64,000 nt of DNA from Felis catus (lineage: Eukaryota), in assembly GCF_018350175.1 (NCBI RefSeq), contig NC_058373.1, positions 111,478,001 through 111,542,000 on the forward strand, read 5' to 3'. Of this stretch, positions 39,021 to 50,706 are shown piece after piece (position 1 is the stretch's first letter; each line of letters starts with the position of its first letter). The translations under genes were made by a program, and so were the position numbers. The notes below the pieces were generated by a model. It was not told the DNA's origin. It did no database searches and worked only from the letters and a program-made list of their open reading frames with translations.

Positions 39021-40218
39021 TTTTTATTGTTATTTAAATGATGTCTTTAGAAAGCTATCTTCTCTTTTGTTTATCACAGTTATGTTTCTAAGTTAACTTT
39101 TGCTATGAAGGGAAAGATTAAAAAAATTAATATCTTATTGGTATAGTTTGGAATTAACTAGACTATATTATGGATTCAGCATATGGTATAACAGCAATTT
39201 ACAATGTTGCATATATTGTCACCCACAATATTATTAACTCAGATTTAATAGCTTCTTTTGTTGACTTACTGAATTAAATCCATACCTTAAACCATCAGTG
39301 GATTCATTTTTTAATTTGCTTTTTAACTAGTAAACTCTGAATATCTGTATTTTTCTATATAGCATGAAAAGTAGGCATCATATGACTGATCTTTGATCTG
39401 CCTATAATTTTTTTCTTGGGGAAAAAACTGTTTTGTTTCTAAAGGGGATTCTAAGCCAGATGATAAAGTGACAAATGAAACCCACAGCCACGCCTGAGAA
39501 AGTATGTGCACTTATAATTAAGATGCACAGTGACTCAGATATAATTGGTATAGGCTTATGTTGCAATTATTGGTATTTTTTAATAAATTGAGGAACGGAT
39601 AATCTAGCCTAATCTTTATGAGCCTTTGCTTGTGATATATGGAGTGGTTACCTGCTGCTTAATGGCTGTGATAACCTTTGCTTATTAGCTAACATACACA
39701 TCACTTTTAGAATTTATCAGTGACACTCTGTCTGTCACCTGCAGGGTTAAGTAGTATACTCAACCTGCAGTTGAGTAGTGAGATGGAGGGGGATGGAGTC
39801 AAGATCTTACAGGAATGAATTCACTCATACAGAGAACATGTTTCTGTTTGAGTTAATGGAAACATTAGACCAAAATATGTAGTTGAATACATTTTCTTTG
39901 GTTTTGATTGCTTATTCAAAGATACAGTCTTTTGATCTCCATATATGATCTATTGACAATGATGTATGAAGGAAAAGTGATGATGGCACTTAGAGGACTT
40001 TCACGCTTAGAGCCAATTAATTAATCTGGTAGAGCCCTAGTATATATACATAGTTGATTTAATAGGCAGATATGAAAGCATTTGCCTTTTACTTATTATT
40101 AGGCAGTTAGGTTATCTGCCAGTCAACACCAGAGTGTTTCCTCCAACTCCATGAATCTCAGCATATGCTATTTTCCATATCCTAAATAATTTAAATACGT
40201 TTCTTACTCTTTCCACAG

Positions 40219-40443
40219 CATGTAGAGTCCATGAAGCACAAGACAGTAAAGCTTCTTACTCATACCACCAGGAGGATCTCCTTGAAAGATTCGCTACAGG
40301 ACTACCAGAGACACAAATTCTCTGAAGCATGACGTGTTGAAACAACAAAAGGCTACTGCTTACGCACTAGCTACAAACAAACTTAAGATGTTTCCAATTC
40401 TTTGAGCTCCGGGAAGCCAGGGGAGTGAGTTGAAAATCTGAAA
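40219..40443 (+). other. FUT8: 5'UTR part of the FUT8 first coding exon (whole exon 40219-40646, 428 nt)
   Basis: Polypyrimidine tract and acceptor TTTCTTACTCTTTCCACAG| ending at 40218. The sequence is non-repetitive and resembles the mammalian FUT8 5'UTR as I recall it. Confidence 0.85.
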
Positions 40444-40646
40444 ATGCGGCCATGGACTGGTTCCTGGCGTTGGATTATGCTCATTCTTTTTGCCTGGGGG
40501 ACCTTGCTGTTTTATATAGGTGGTCACTTGGTACGAGATAATGACCACCCTGATCACTCTAGCCGAGAACTGTCCAAGATTCTGGCAAAGCTTGAACGCT
40601 TAAAACAGCAAAATGAAGATTTGAGGCGAATGGCTGAATCTCTCCG
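40444..40646 (+). CDS. FUT8: FUT8 first coding exon, coding part (cytoplasmic tail, transmembrane signal-anchor, start of the stem coiled coil); ends in phase 2
   Basis: Translation [68 protein letters not shown] is the recognisable FUT8 N-terminus. Start context is AAAATGC and the donor is CCG|GTAGGT at 40646/40647. The next FUT8 exon (IPEGPIDQG...) is not in the window. Confidence 0.98.
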
Positions 40647-41934
40647 GTAGGTTCTGAAAATGAAGGAAGAATGATGAAGTATTGTACTTTATTTTTAGTT
40701 TCAGGGCTTCATTCATCGATTAAAAAATACTTAATGATTTTTTTAAACTGTTTTTGTAAAAATTTAAATATTTTAGTGAGATACTTTTTATACCAATTCT
40801 ATATAAATAGAGAATTTCTCCATAGTGTCAAAACTTATTTTGCATATAGATTTTAATATAGAAAAACCACGCCATTTAATTTATGTTTTTATACTTCATT
40901 TATAGTTGTCTTCAGCATTTTGAATAATTTTGATACATTAAATACAAACTATGATTTAAATTAGTACATATTAAAATTTTTATTATATGGACTATAACAA
41001 TGACATTTATAATAATTGGGAGACTGAGTCAGTCTAAATATAACTTATTAAAATGAAGAAACAAAAATTCATCATTAAATAAAACAACTGGATCTGGAAC
41101 CTAGGGAATTGTTATTGTTGCTGCTTCTAGTCTATTAAAAAATGTGCCATGTATGTTGGAAGGCATCACCTGTTAGGAAATACAAAATCTTGTATTTTCA
41201 GGGAACAAATAATTCCTAAATTCTAGTTCCTCTGCTTTATATATGAAGGTGATTATGTGTTTAGTGCCTGCTGTCTCTCAAGCTAGAATTTGAAGATTTG
41301 AGATGGAGTCATTACTCTAGAGTTGGTAATTGACCTGAAGAGAGGTAGTGTAGAGAAAAAGAGGACAGAATTCATTCCCTTTTGAGAAAGATACATTGAA
41401 GAGTAGAAGGTGAAAGCATCCTACTGTACATAGAGCCTTCAGAGCAGATGGGGAAGGAGAGAGGGAGAATGCTAGGGTGTGGAAGATGAGTAGCAGTCTG
41501 TGAAAAAAGAATGTAGTTGGCAGAGTCACATGCTTTTGGAGCTTGAGGGAAGACTTCTATGGTTCTCTGATTCCCCTACCTCCCCACTGCCACTGCCCAT
41601 GCACTCTTTCTTTGGAACTCACTTCTTTCTCTCAACTTTTTTCTTCACCATAATATTATTTTTGGTCCTTTTATGTTCTATGGAAGAAAATGCTAGGTTT
41701 TAAGAATTTTATACAATGAATGAAAAATTATTCCTGTCATTTGTAGAAGTAGTACCATGCGGTAAAATACAAAGTAATTAGGGATTAGAAAGTGGACAGA
41801 GAACTTCTTGCATTTATATATCCTTTTATTTCCTTTTGGGCAGGAGCCTGGGAGTATCATGGAGAAGGTGATCTCTCAATTGAGTCTTACTCAGTCATTT
41901 GTTATGAGAATCAAAGGTTGATAATTTAGAGGTT

Positions 41935-42180
41935 AATAATAATAGCTGTCATTTATCAAGTTTATCATGTGCCAGGTACTGTGCCAAGGGCTTTGCTTGG
42001 ATTATCTCATTAAATTTCATAAATTTCTTTATGAGATGCCGGTACTATTTTTATAACCATTTTACAGATGAGGTATGAAAGGGATATTAAGTAATTTAAT
42101 TTTTCCCAAAGTTATACTTTCCACAAGTGGTGGAGCTTACTTTGCTTCCTAGCAGTATGACCTGAAAGCCTGGACTCTGA
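41935..42180 (-). mobile_element. MIR
   Basis: tgtgccaggtactgtgccaagggcttt...ccattttacagatgagg. Confidence 0.75.
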
Positions 42181-43501
42181 TGAAATGTGTTGCCTCTGTG
42201 AATAGAAACCAGAGAGAAGTCACTGATTCAGAAATCTCAACTAAAATCTCATGTAGGAGATCGCCAAGAGTAGATGCTGGGCTAATTGATTTTGGGATAT
42301 GCTTTGATTGTAGTAAAATCTTATTCTACATCCTGGGAATCATTGCTCCTTGGAAAAGATTTTGCTTCTTAACAATTTAGGCTCGTAAATAATTGATTAT
42401 TTTTCTCCTCATTCCAACTTCAATACTGATACTTCAGCTGGTTTATTTCTGACTGCCAAGTATTTTGTTTGTATTGCATGAAAGAAAGCTTGCCTCTAAT
42501 AATAGTTGTTTCTTCTGTGGAGTGATCTTTGGGTTTTGTAAGCCACTTTATTTATATTCATTTCTGTTGAAATTAAATTCTCAACTACTGTGTTCAAATG
42601 TAGAGACAACTAAGAGCTGAGACAGTACGTCATGCTTTAATATTGTAAATATAATCTGAAAACACGGTTTGAGTTAGTTTTTATAGAGAGAGCTGTAATT
42701 TTAGGAAAATAAATAAGTAATTATTTTCCCTCATTAGGGACAAAAACCTCCTCAGGTCTTTCCATCAACTTTACGGGTAGGGACATTTGTGTTTTAGCCA
42801 GAGGGATTCCATTTTAGAAACCCTGGCATAAAAGGAAGAACAGTAGATGTGCTACTGGTGTTGGTGTTTTTTCCCTCACTCATTGTAACATTTTGTACCC
42901 AATTTGCTATGTCTTTTTCTTATTAAAAAAAAAAAATGTGTTCATAAGCTAGACCAAAAAGGAGTAATTCATATGTCTGTAAAACTAGGTCATTTCTTTC
43001 AGATGAGGCATATGGATTGGGTTTGGAAAGCAACTCAGAAGCTTGAAATTACAATTTTTAAGATTTAGGACACTAGTTTTAAAACCATCTAACCAGTTCT
43101 TCAGCTAGAATTTGATAATTTTGTTGATTGTACTACATATTTAGGAAAATAATTTAAAAATCATTATTCTGAGGGATACAAATGTTTATGCACAAAGTTT
43201 GGGAGGTTGGGGTGTGTGTGTGTGTGTCTAATTCTGACTTATTGATGAATAATTTTTATACATTAAAATTCTTTTTTTTTTTTTAGCACATAGGTGTATG
43301 AATTGTGGCAAATACTTACAGTCCTGTAACTACCACCACAATTAAATTATAGAAGAATTCTACCTCCCACCAGAATTCTGTTGTGCCCATTTGTGGTCAA
43401 ATTCTAGCCTTACCTTCTGTCCCTAATACCCACTGATCTATTTTCTCCTGCATTTTATTCTGTTCCTAAGTAGAATAATGTGGTTTGTCTCCTTTTGTAT
43501 C

Positions 43502-43726
43502 TTTTTTTTTAAAAATTAAAAAAAATGTTTATTTATTTTTGAGATAGAGAGACACAGAGCATGAACAGGGGAGGGTCAGAGAGAGAGGGAGACACAGAAT
43601 CTGAAGCAGCCTCCAGGCTCTGAGCTGTCAGCATAGAGCCCGACGCGGGGCTTGAACTCACGGACTGTGAGATCATGACCAGAGCCGAAGTCAGATGCTT
43701 AACCGACTGAGCCACCCAGGCGCCCC
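43502..43726 (-). mobile_element. CanSINE
   Basis: TSD TGTATCTTTTTTTTT. Confidence 0.95.
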
Positions 43727-43837
43727 TGTATCTTTTTTTTTTTTTCATTTAGTATAATGTACTTGGGATTCATTAATGTTATTGTGTGTATTGGTAGTTT
43801 TTTTTCTTTTTCCTGAGTATTATTTTAATTCCTTTTT

Positions 43838-44073
43838 ATTTTTTTATTTAAAAAAATTTTTTTTTTTCTAATGTTTATTTATTTTTGAGAGAGACAGAGA
43901 CAGAATGCGAGTGGGTTAGGGGCAGAGAAAGAGGGAGACACAGAATCTGAAGCAGGCTTCAGGCTCCGAGCCATCAGCACAGAGCCTGGTGTGGGGCTTG
44001 AACTCACAGAGTTGTGAGATCATGACCTGAGCCAAAGTCAGACGCTCAACCGACTGAGCCACCCAGGTGCCCC
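43838..44073 (-). mobile_element. CanSINE
   Basis: TSD TTAATTCCTTTTTA. Confidence 0.95.
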
Positions 44074-44504
44074 TTAATTCCTTTTTAATACTGAGTAGTA
44101 TTCGACAGTATTGAGGTATCACAGTATTGTTCTCTTTTTTTTTTTTTTTTTTTTTTTGATGTATTGACCAGTTAAAGGATGTTAGGGTTGTTTTTGTTTT
44201 TGGACAATTATGAACAAAGCTGTTATAACATTTGCTCTATAGCTCTTTGCAGGAACATAAGTTTTTATTTCTCTCGGGTAAATATCTAGGAGTGGGGTGG
44301 CTGGGTCATTTGAGTGCATTTTTAATTTTTTAAGAAGTTGCCCAAATGTTTTTCAGTTTATCTGCATCGTTTTGCATTCCTACCAACAATGCTTGGGAGT
44401 TCCAGTTGCTCTCACTTTTAGCACTTGCTATTGTTAGTTATTTTTATTTTAGCTGTTTTAACAGAAATGTAGTATTATCTCACTGTAGCTTCAACTTGCA
44501 TTTC

Positions 44505-44713
44505 TTTTTTTCTTTAATGTTTATTTATTTTGAGAGAGATACAGAGCACTAGTGGGGGAGGGGCAGAGAGAAGGGGAAAGAGGAAGAATCGCAAGCAGGC
44601 TCTGTGCTCTCAGTGCAAAGCCTGATGCAGGCCGAACTTATGACCTATGAGATCATGACCTCAGCCAAAATCAAGAGTCTGATGCTCAATGGACTGAGCT
44701 ACCCAGCTGCCCC
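44505..44713 (-). mobile_element. Older CanSINE
   Basis: TSD core TTGCATTTCT. Confidence 0.9.
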
Positions 44714-44866
44714 TCAGTTTGCATTTCTATCATGCCTAATGGTGTTGAACATTTTTTTCATGTGCTTAATTGCCATTCTTCTGTGAGGTGTCTGTTCACA
44801 TTTGTTACCTATTTTTTAAAAGCTGAGGTTTTGTATTAAAGTTTGTTTTCTTATTGCATTCTTTTT

Positions 44867-45089
44867 TTAAAAAAAAATTTTTTTTTCAACGTTTATTTAT
44901 TTTTGGGACAGAGAGAGACAGAGCATGAACGGGGGAGGGGCAGAGAGAGAGGGAGACACAGGATCGGAAACAGGCTCCAGGCTCTGAGCCATCAGCCCAG
45001 AGCCTGACGCGGGGCTCGAACTCACGGATCGCGAGATTGTGACCTGGCTGAAGTCGGTCGCTTAACCGACTGCGCCACCCAGGCGCCCC
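44867..45089 (-). mobile_element. Very young SINEC_Fc-type SINE
   Basis: TSD TTATTGCATTCTTTTT; CpGs retained. Confidence 0.96.
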
Positions 45090-45174
45090 TTATTGCATTC
45101 TTTTTAAAAATTGGGTTTATATACAATGTAAAATTATGTGTATACACACACACACACACACACACATATATATG

Positions 45175-45548
45175 TAATATAAGATAAAGTAAAAACCCAG
45201 TGACTTAAAACAAAATTTCATTAATTTAAGTTGTCCTCAACTGGGTTGTTTTTCTAATCTGGGGTTGCTCTTGTGGTTGCTACATTGTGGTAAGGCAGTC
45301 CAGATGACCTCACTCATTAGCTGGGGCCGTCAGTTGCTCCCTTCCATGTAGCTTTTCCAGCAGGATAGTCCAGGTGTCTTATATAGTAGTGTTCCAAGAG
45401 GGCAAGAGCAGAAAAAGGCCAAGTATCCAAAGTCACACAGTGTCCCTTCTGTCACCTTCTACTAGTGTATGCAAGTGAAAGGGACACTCCATATTCAGGG
45501 CAGAGAAAGAGGAACTGCAAAGAATGTGTAGCCATATTTAACCCACAA
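45175..45548. mobile_element. MLT1-type LTR remnant
   Basis: cagtgacttaaaaca...aagtcacacagtgtcccttctgtcaccttctact. Confidence 0.55.
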
Positions 45549-46974
45549 TTCTCCTTTCCAGAAGTACTGGGGTAGGTCAAATCATCGTGGTTCTGACAGC
45601 TAGAGTTTAGTTTAGACTTTGTTGGTAGTAATAGGGAGGTACGGTTGGATTTTTAGCAGAGGAATGACACATTGAAAATGGTTGAGTAAGATTTAGATTT
45701 TCAGGTGAATTTGGGGCATGTGCCTCATTGGAATGAAATTAACTAGGAAACGTAGTATTAATCTAGACATGAGGTGATACTGACCTAGATTAAATTAATG
45801 ATTGAATTTTTTGGTTTGGGAACCAATGTACATCTGCTTATTTTCCCATGTTTTCTCTGTGCTCTTACTTGTCTTTCTGCAGACATCGCTTTCTTACTTG
45901 TTAATTGCCAGCATGTTAGGTAAATATGTCATAGTCTTTCTTTTAAAAACTTAGAGATCATCACTTTCTTAGCCTGCCATTCTATAGGAATGCCTTTACA
46001 TGCTTCGTGTTTGTTTTATCTCAACCTTTAATAATATGAAATTACTGTCGGTTCACAGAATTTTTGCTTCTTGGAATTTGAATCTGCCACATTGCCTCTC
46101 AGTCATGGTTGACATTTAGCAGAAAATACCTAGAAAATTATTGAAACTTGTTCAAAAGCCCTTGAGCAGTGCACCATAAGCAGGCCAGATGTTGCAGCTG
46201 GACAGAACTTGTAAAATCTAAAGAGTACTTAATTGACAGCTTTCCTTTTAACTTAATTCATTTTTGTTCTAGGTCCATTTATTTTTGAGATTACAACTTA
46301 AAGAAAATTCAAATGTGACTTTGTGACCTACTAATAAGCTTGTTTGTTTGTTTCAGGAAAACAGAAGATATTTCTTCTGGAATTTAGATGCTAGCTGTAA
46401 ACTATACATTTACAAACCACAAAGAATGTATAATTAATTTAGGGATTATCTCTTTTTCTGAGCTATGCAGTAATTTTCCCAGATGGATTAGAGCCAAAGC
46501 ATGACTCTTCTGGTGGAAAATTTGACTGAGACAACAGAAGTGTGGAACATTGACATGGGTAGAAAGGAAACTGATGGGGTGTTTCATAGGTCATATCTTA
46601 CTTCTGTTCAAGAAGTTGGTATTAGGAAGTAGGGATGTCTTTGTTCCTGTTGGTTGATTGGAAAATTTGCTCTAGGCTCTCATCTCTGTAACTGCTCATC
46701 TCTCATGTAAAGAGTATACTTATATTCCTAGAACAAGTGAATAGGTTGGAATGTATAGAGCACCTGCCATCTACTTGTAACCTTCCCTTATATATGTGGT
46801 TTTCATTTTTGCAACCCTGCATCCATTATTCCTTATGCTATTAAGAGTATCTTATTTTTCCTTAGGGAAACTGTTGCTTCCCTGTGTGAGAATATTTTAA
46901 TGAGATTTGTGGTCAAGATTCCTAGCCTTTCCAGTCTGACAAACAAATGCTTTCTCCCTGGAATTTTTACTAGC

Positions 46975-48310
46975 CTTTTTATATATTGCTGGATTAAATT
47001 TGCCAGTGTTTTATTTCAGAATTTTTTTCTATGTTAAACAAGACATGTATACCTGTAGTTTTTCCTTCTTACAATGCCTTTTGGGTTTTGGTAGCAAGGT
47101 TATGCAGGGAAGTTCTATTCTCTGGAAGGTTTTGTATAAAGTTGGTATTCATTCTATTTTAAATCTTTGTTAGAATTCTACCAGCAAAGCCCTCTGGGTC
47201 TAGAGTCTTTTGAGGGGTGTGCAAGGGTTGAGTTGGGGAGTGAAAGAGGACATGGGAAGGTTTTAAATTCTGGATTTGATCTTTTTAATAGAAATTGGAC
47301 TCTTCATATTTTCTATTTTTTCTTATGTCAGTTTTGGTAAGATGTGTTTTTCAAGGAATGTGTACATTTTATCAACATTTTCAAATGTATTAACATAAAG
47401 TTGTTCATAATGACTTTTTAATATTCTTCTCCACACCTGTGGTACCTGTAGTAATGTCCTTCTTTTCATTCCTGATACTGATTATTTTTGTTTACTCCTT
47501 TTATCTTGCTAAGAGTTTATCATTTTCATTTACCGTTTCCAAGAATGAGTTTGGTTGTTTTTGTTTTGTTTTGCTTTTTCTCTAATGATATGTTTGGTTT
47601 TTTTTCTATTGATTTCTATTTAGTTTGATAATTTCTTACATCCTCTATTTTTTGTGTTTTTTTTTTTTTTTTGCTGTTGTTTTTAAAGCTTTTTCAGAAA
47701 GAATTTTATATCATTGATCTTAAACCTTGCTTCTTTTTTGATATATGCCTGGTGAACTTTAAATTTCTCTCTAAGCACCAATTTTATTTATTTTATTTTA
47801 TTTTTTTCAAAGGAACATTCATTTCTATCTTGGTAGAGCAAGCTCAGAGGCAATTTCTCCTGTTCCTCAACTTGGAGCTGATTTTTTCAGTTCCTTCTTT
47901 TTTTTTTTTTTTTTTAAATTTTTTTTTCAACTTTTTTTTTTTTTTTTTTTTTTTTTTGGGACAGAGAGAGACAGAGCATGAATGGGGGAGGGGCAGAGAG
48001 AGAGGGAGACACAGAATCGGAAACAGGCTCCAGGCTCCGAGCCATCAGCCCAGAGCCTGATGCGGGGCTCGAACTCCTGGACCGCGAGATCGTGACCTGG
48101 CTGAAGTCGGACGCTTAACCGACTGCGCCACCCAGGCGCCCCTCTAAGCACCAATTTTAAGTTGCATCCCATAAGTTTTGACAATGTCCTATCTTAATTG
48201 TAATTAAAATAATTAAAAATTTTAAAAATATTTTCAAATTTCTATTGTTATTTTTTTCTTTGACCCACAGGTCATTTAAGAGTATGTTGCTTAATTTCTA
48301 AATGGGAAAC
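46975..48310 (-). mobile_element. Old L1 ORF2 fragment, host of the composite SINE insertion at 47787-48142
   Basis: ttgctggattaaatttgccagtgtttt...ctctaagcaccaattttaagttgcatcccataagttttg matches antisense L1 ORF2. Confidence 0.75.
47787..48142 (-). mobile_element. Composite insertion: young SINE, A-tail, 90-nt unique segment, second A-rich tail
   Basis: A single 17-bp TSD TCTAAGCACCAATTTTA at 47770-47786 and 48143-48159 encloses all parts. Confidence 0.93.
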
Positions 48311-48959
48311 TTTTTTCCTTATGTCCAACTGAGAGTGATTGAATGTGGCAAGAGTAGGATGATAAAAGTTACTTTACGTTACTACACTATGTATATGATT
48401 ATTTTGAATTTGCCTTTATTGTAGTGCTGGGTTTTTCGTGTAATTATATGTATACATATGTAATCTTTTAAACATGGGCATTGATTTAAGTGTAAATGCA
48501 GAAAGTTCCCATTGTGGATGGTTTATCCTTTTGTTCATCTAATGACAAGTTATCACTGTTGATTTGGAAACAGATATTTTTGATGAATACTTTTTAATTA
48601 ATTCAGTTTTCAAAATATAGATTAAAAAAACAACCGGAAGTAGTCAACAGTTGAACACAAACAAGTAAGTGTAGCTTTCATATGAATAGTCACACTTTTA
48701 TTCAAGTGTGAATTAAATTTGGCTACCTTTTTACCAGTGATCCTTATAGTAGCTTACTTGCTGAAGATGGTTGGCTCTCTGGGGTTTTGTGTGTGTGTGT
48801 GCTTGGCTTTAAATGGCAAACTATGCCTAATGGAAAATCCAGCCCTCCCCACCTCTTTGTTGTTGTTGTTTTCTTTAATGGCTCCCAAGCAAAGAATGGT
48901 TTTACATTTTTATTTATTTATTTTTTATTTATTTTGAACACTTGTATGGCTCCCTCTCC

Positions 48960-48961
<2 letters not shown>

Positions 48962-49003
<42 letters not shown>
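48962..49003. repeat. (CT)n microsatellite
   Basis: Seen directly. Confidence 0.95.
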
Positions 49004-49008
<5 letters not shown>

Positions 49009-49230
49009 ATTTATTTATTTAAATTCAAGTTTGTTAACATACAGTATATATTGATTTCTGGAGTAGAACCCAGTGATTCATCACTTGCATATAACACCCA
49101 GTGCTCATCCCAACAAGTGCCCTCTTTACGCCCATCACCCATTTAGCCCATTCCTCTACCTACTTCCCCTCTAACAACCTTCAGTTTGTTCTCTGTCTTT
49201 AAGAGTCTTTCTCTTCTTTTAAAAATGTTT

Positions 49231-49456
49231 CATTTATTAAAACATTTTTTCTAATGTTTATTTATTTTTGAGAGAGGGACAGAGACAGATGTGAGCGGGG
49301 AAGGGGCAGAGAGAGAGGGAGACACAGAATCCCAAGCAGGCTCCAGGCTCTGAGCTGTTAGCACAGAGCCCAGTGCAGGGCTTGAACCCATGAACTGTGA
49401 GATCATGCCCTGAGCCGAAGTTGAATGCTTAACTGACTGGGCCACCTAGGTGCCCC
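49231..49456 (-). mobile_element. CanSINE inserted into the tail of the adjacent SINE
   Basis: TSD core AAAATGTTT at about 49222 and 49458. Confidence 0.9.
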
Positions 49457-49678
49457 TAAAATGTTTTGTCTTTGAGAGAGAGAGAGAGGGAGAGAGAGCA
49501 CGCATACGTGTGAGTGGGGGAGAGGAGGCAGAGAGAGAGACACACACAGAATCCCAAGCAGGCTTCAGGCTCTGAGCTGTCAGCACAGAGCCCCATGCAG
49601 GACTCAAACCCGCAAACCGTGAGATCATGACCTGAGCCAAAGTCGGTTACCTAACTGACTGAGCGACCCAGGCTCCCC
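49457..49678 (-). mobile_element. CanSINE (its tail continues at 49210-49230)
   Basis: Outer TSD TGTCTTTAAGAGTCTT at about 49194 and 49679. Confidence 0.92.
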
Positions 49679-49782
49679 TGTCTTTAAGAGTCTTATTATG
49701 GTTTGTCTCCCTCTCTGTTTTTATCTTGTTTCCTTCTATTCCCCTATGTTTATCTGATTTGTTTCTTAAATTCCACATATGA

Positions 49783-50004
49783 GGGGCGCCTGGGTGGCGC
49801 AGTCGGTTAAGCGACCGACTTCAGCCAGGTCACGATCTCGCGGTCCGTGAGTTCGAGCCCCGCGTCAGGCTCTGGGCTGATGGCTCAGAGCCTGGAGCCT
49901 GTTTCCGATTCTGTGTCTCCCTCTCTCTCTGCCCCTCCCCCGTTCATGCTCTGTCTCTCTCTGTCCCAAAAATAAATAAACGTTGAAAAAAAAAATTAAA
50001 AAAA
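49783..50004 (+). mobile_element. Very young SINEC_Fc-type SINE
   Basis: TSD AAATTCCACATATGA at 49768 and 50005. Confidence 0.97.
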
Positions 50005-50337
50005 AAATTCCACATATGAGTGAAATCCTGTGATATTTATCTTTCTCTGACTGACTTATTTCACTTAGCGTAATACACTCGTTCCATCCACATTCTTGCA
50101 AATAGTAAGATTTCATTCTTTTTGGTTTCCAAATAGTATTCCATTGTAAATGTATACCACATCTTCTCTATCTATTCATTAACTAATGGACATTTGGGCT
50201 CTTTCCATCATTTAGCTATTGTTGATAGCACTGATATAAATATTAGAGTGCATGTGCCGCTTTGAATCAACATTTTGGTCTCCTTTGGATAAATATCTGG
50301 TAGTGCAATTACTGGGTTGTAGGGTTTTACATTTTTA

Positions 50338-50581
50338 TTTATTTTTTATTTTATTTTATTTTTTTTAATTTTTTTTTTCAACGTTTATTTATTTTTCGGA
50401 CAGAGAGAGACAGAGCATGAACAGGGGAGGGGCAGAGAGAGAGGGAGACACAGAATCTGAAACAGGCTGCAGGCTCTGAGCGGTCAGCACAGAGCCTGAT
50501 GCGGGGCTCGAACTCCCGGACCGCGAGATCGTGACCTGGCTGAAGTCGGACGCTTAACCGACTGCGCCACCCAGGCGCCCC
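50338..50581 (-). mobile_element. Young SINEC_Fc-type SINE
   Basis: TSD TAGG(G/T)TTTTACATTTTTA. Confidence 0.95.
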
Positions 50582-50629
50582 TAGGTTTTACATTTTTAAA
50601 TCGTTGGTGAAGAAATAAATTCCAAGGAG

Positions 50630-50706
50630 AACATGCAACAGAGGCCATATGTAGCCACAAAGCCTGAGCTGTTTACTATCTGGCCCTTTATACAAAGTTT
50701 GCTGAT
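50630..50706. mobile_element. MER58 terminal fragment
   Basis: gccacaaagcctgagctgtttactatctggccctttatacaaagtttgctga. Confidence 0.7.

Larger units (their letters stand above)
43265..44850 (-). mobile_element. Ancient L1 3' region hosting several SINEs
   Basis: Degenerate L1M 3' motifs (gggtaaatatctaggagtggggtggctgggtcat; ttttgcattcctaccaacaatg). Confidence 0.7.
49003..50330 (-). mobile_element. Carnivore L1 3' fragment with three nested SINEs
   Basis: 3'UTR (acacccagtgctcatcccaacaagtgccct) and ORF2 end (LSEISQSEKDKYH), continuous once the SINEs are removed. Confidence 0.88.

Noticed and set aside
40647..40650. TAG apparently ending FUT8 at 68 aa
   Set aside because: The stop lies inside the intron donor GTAG; it is not a nonsense mutation.
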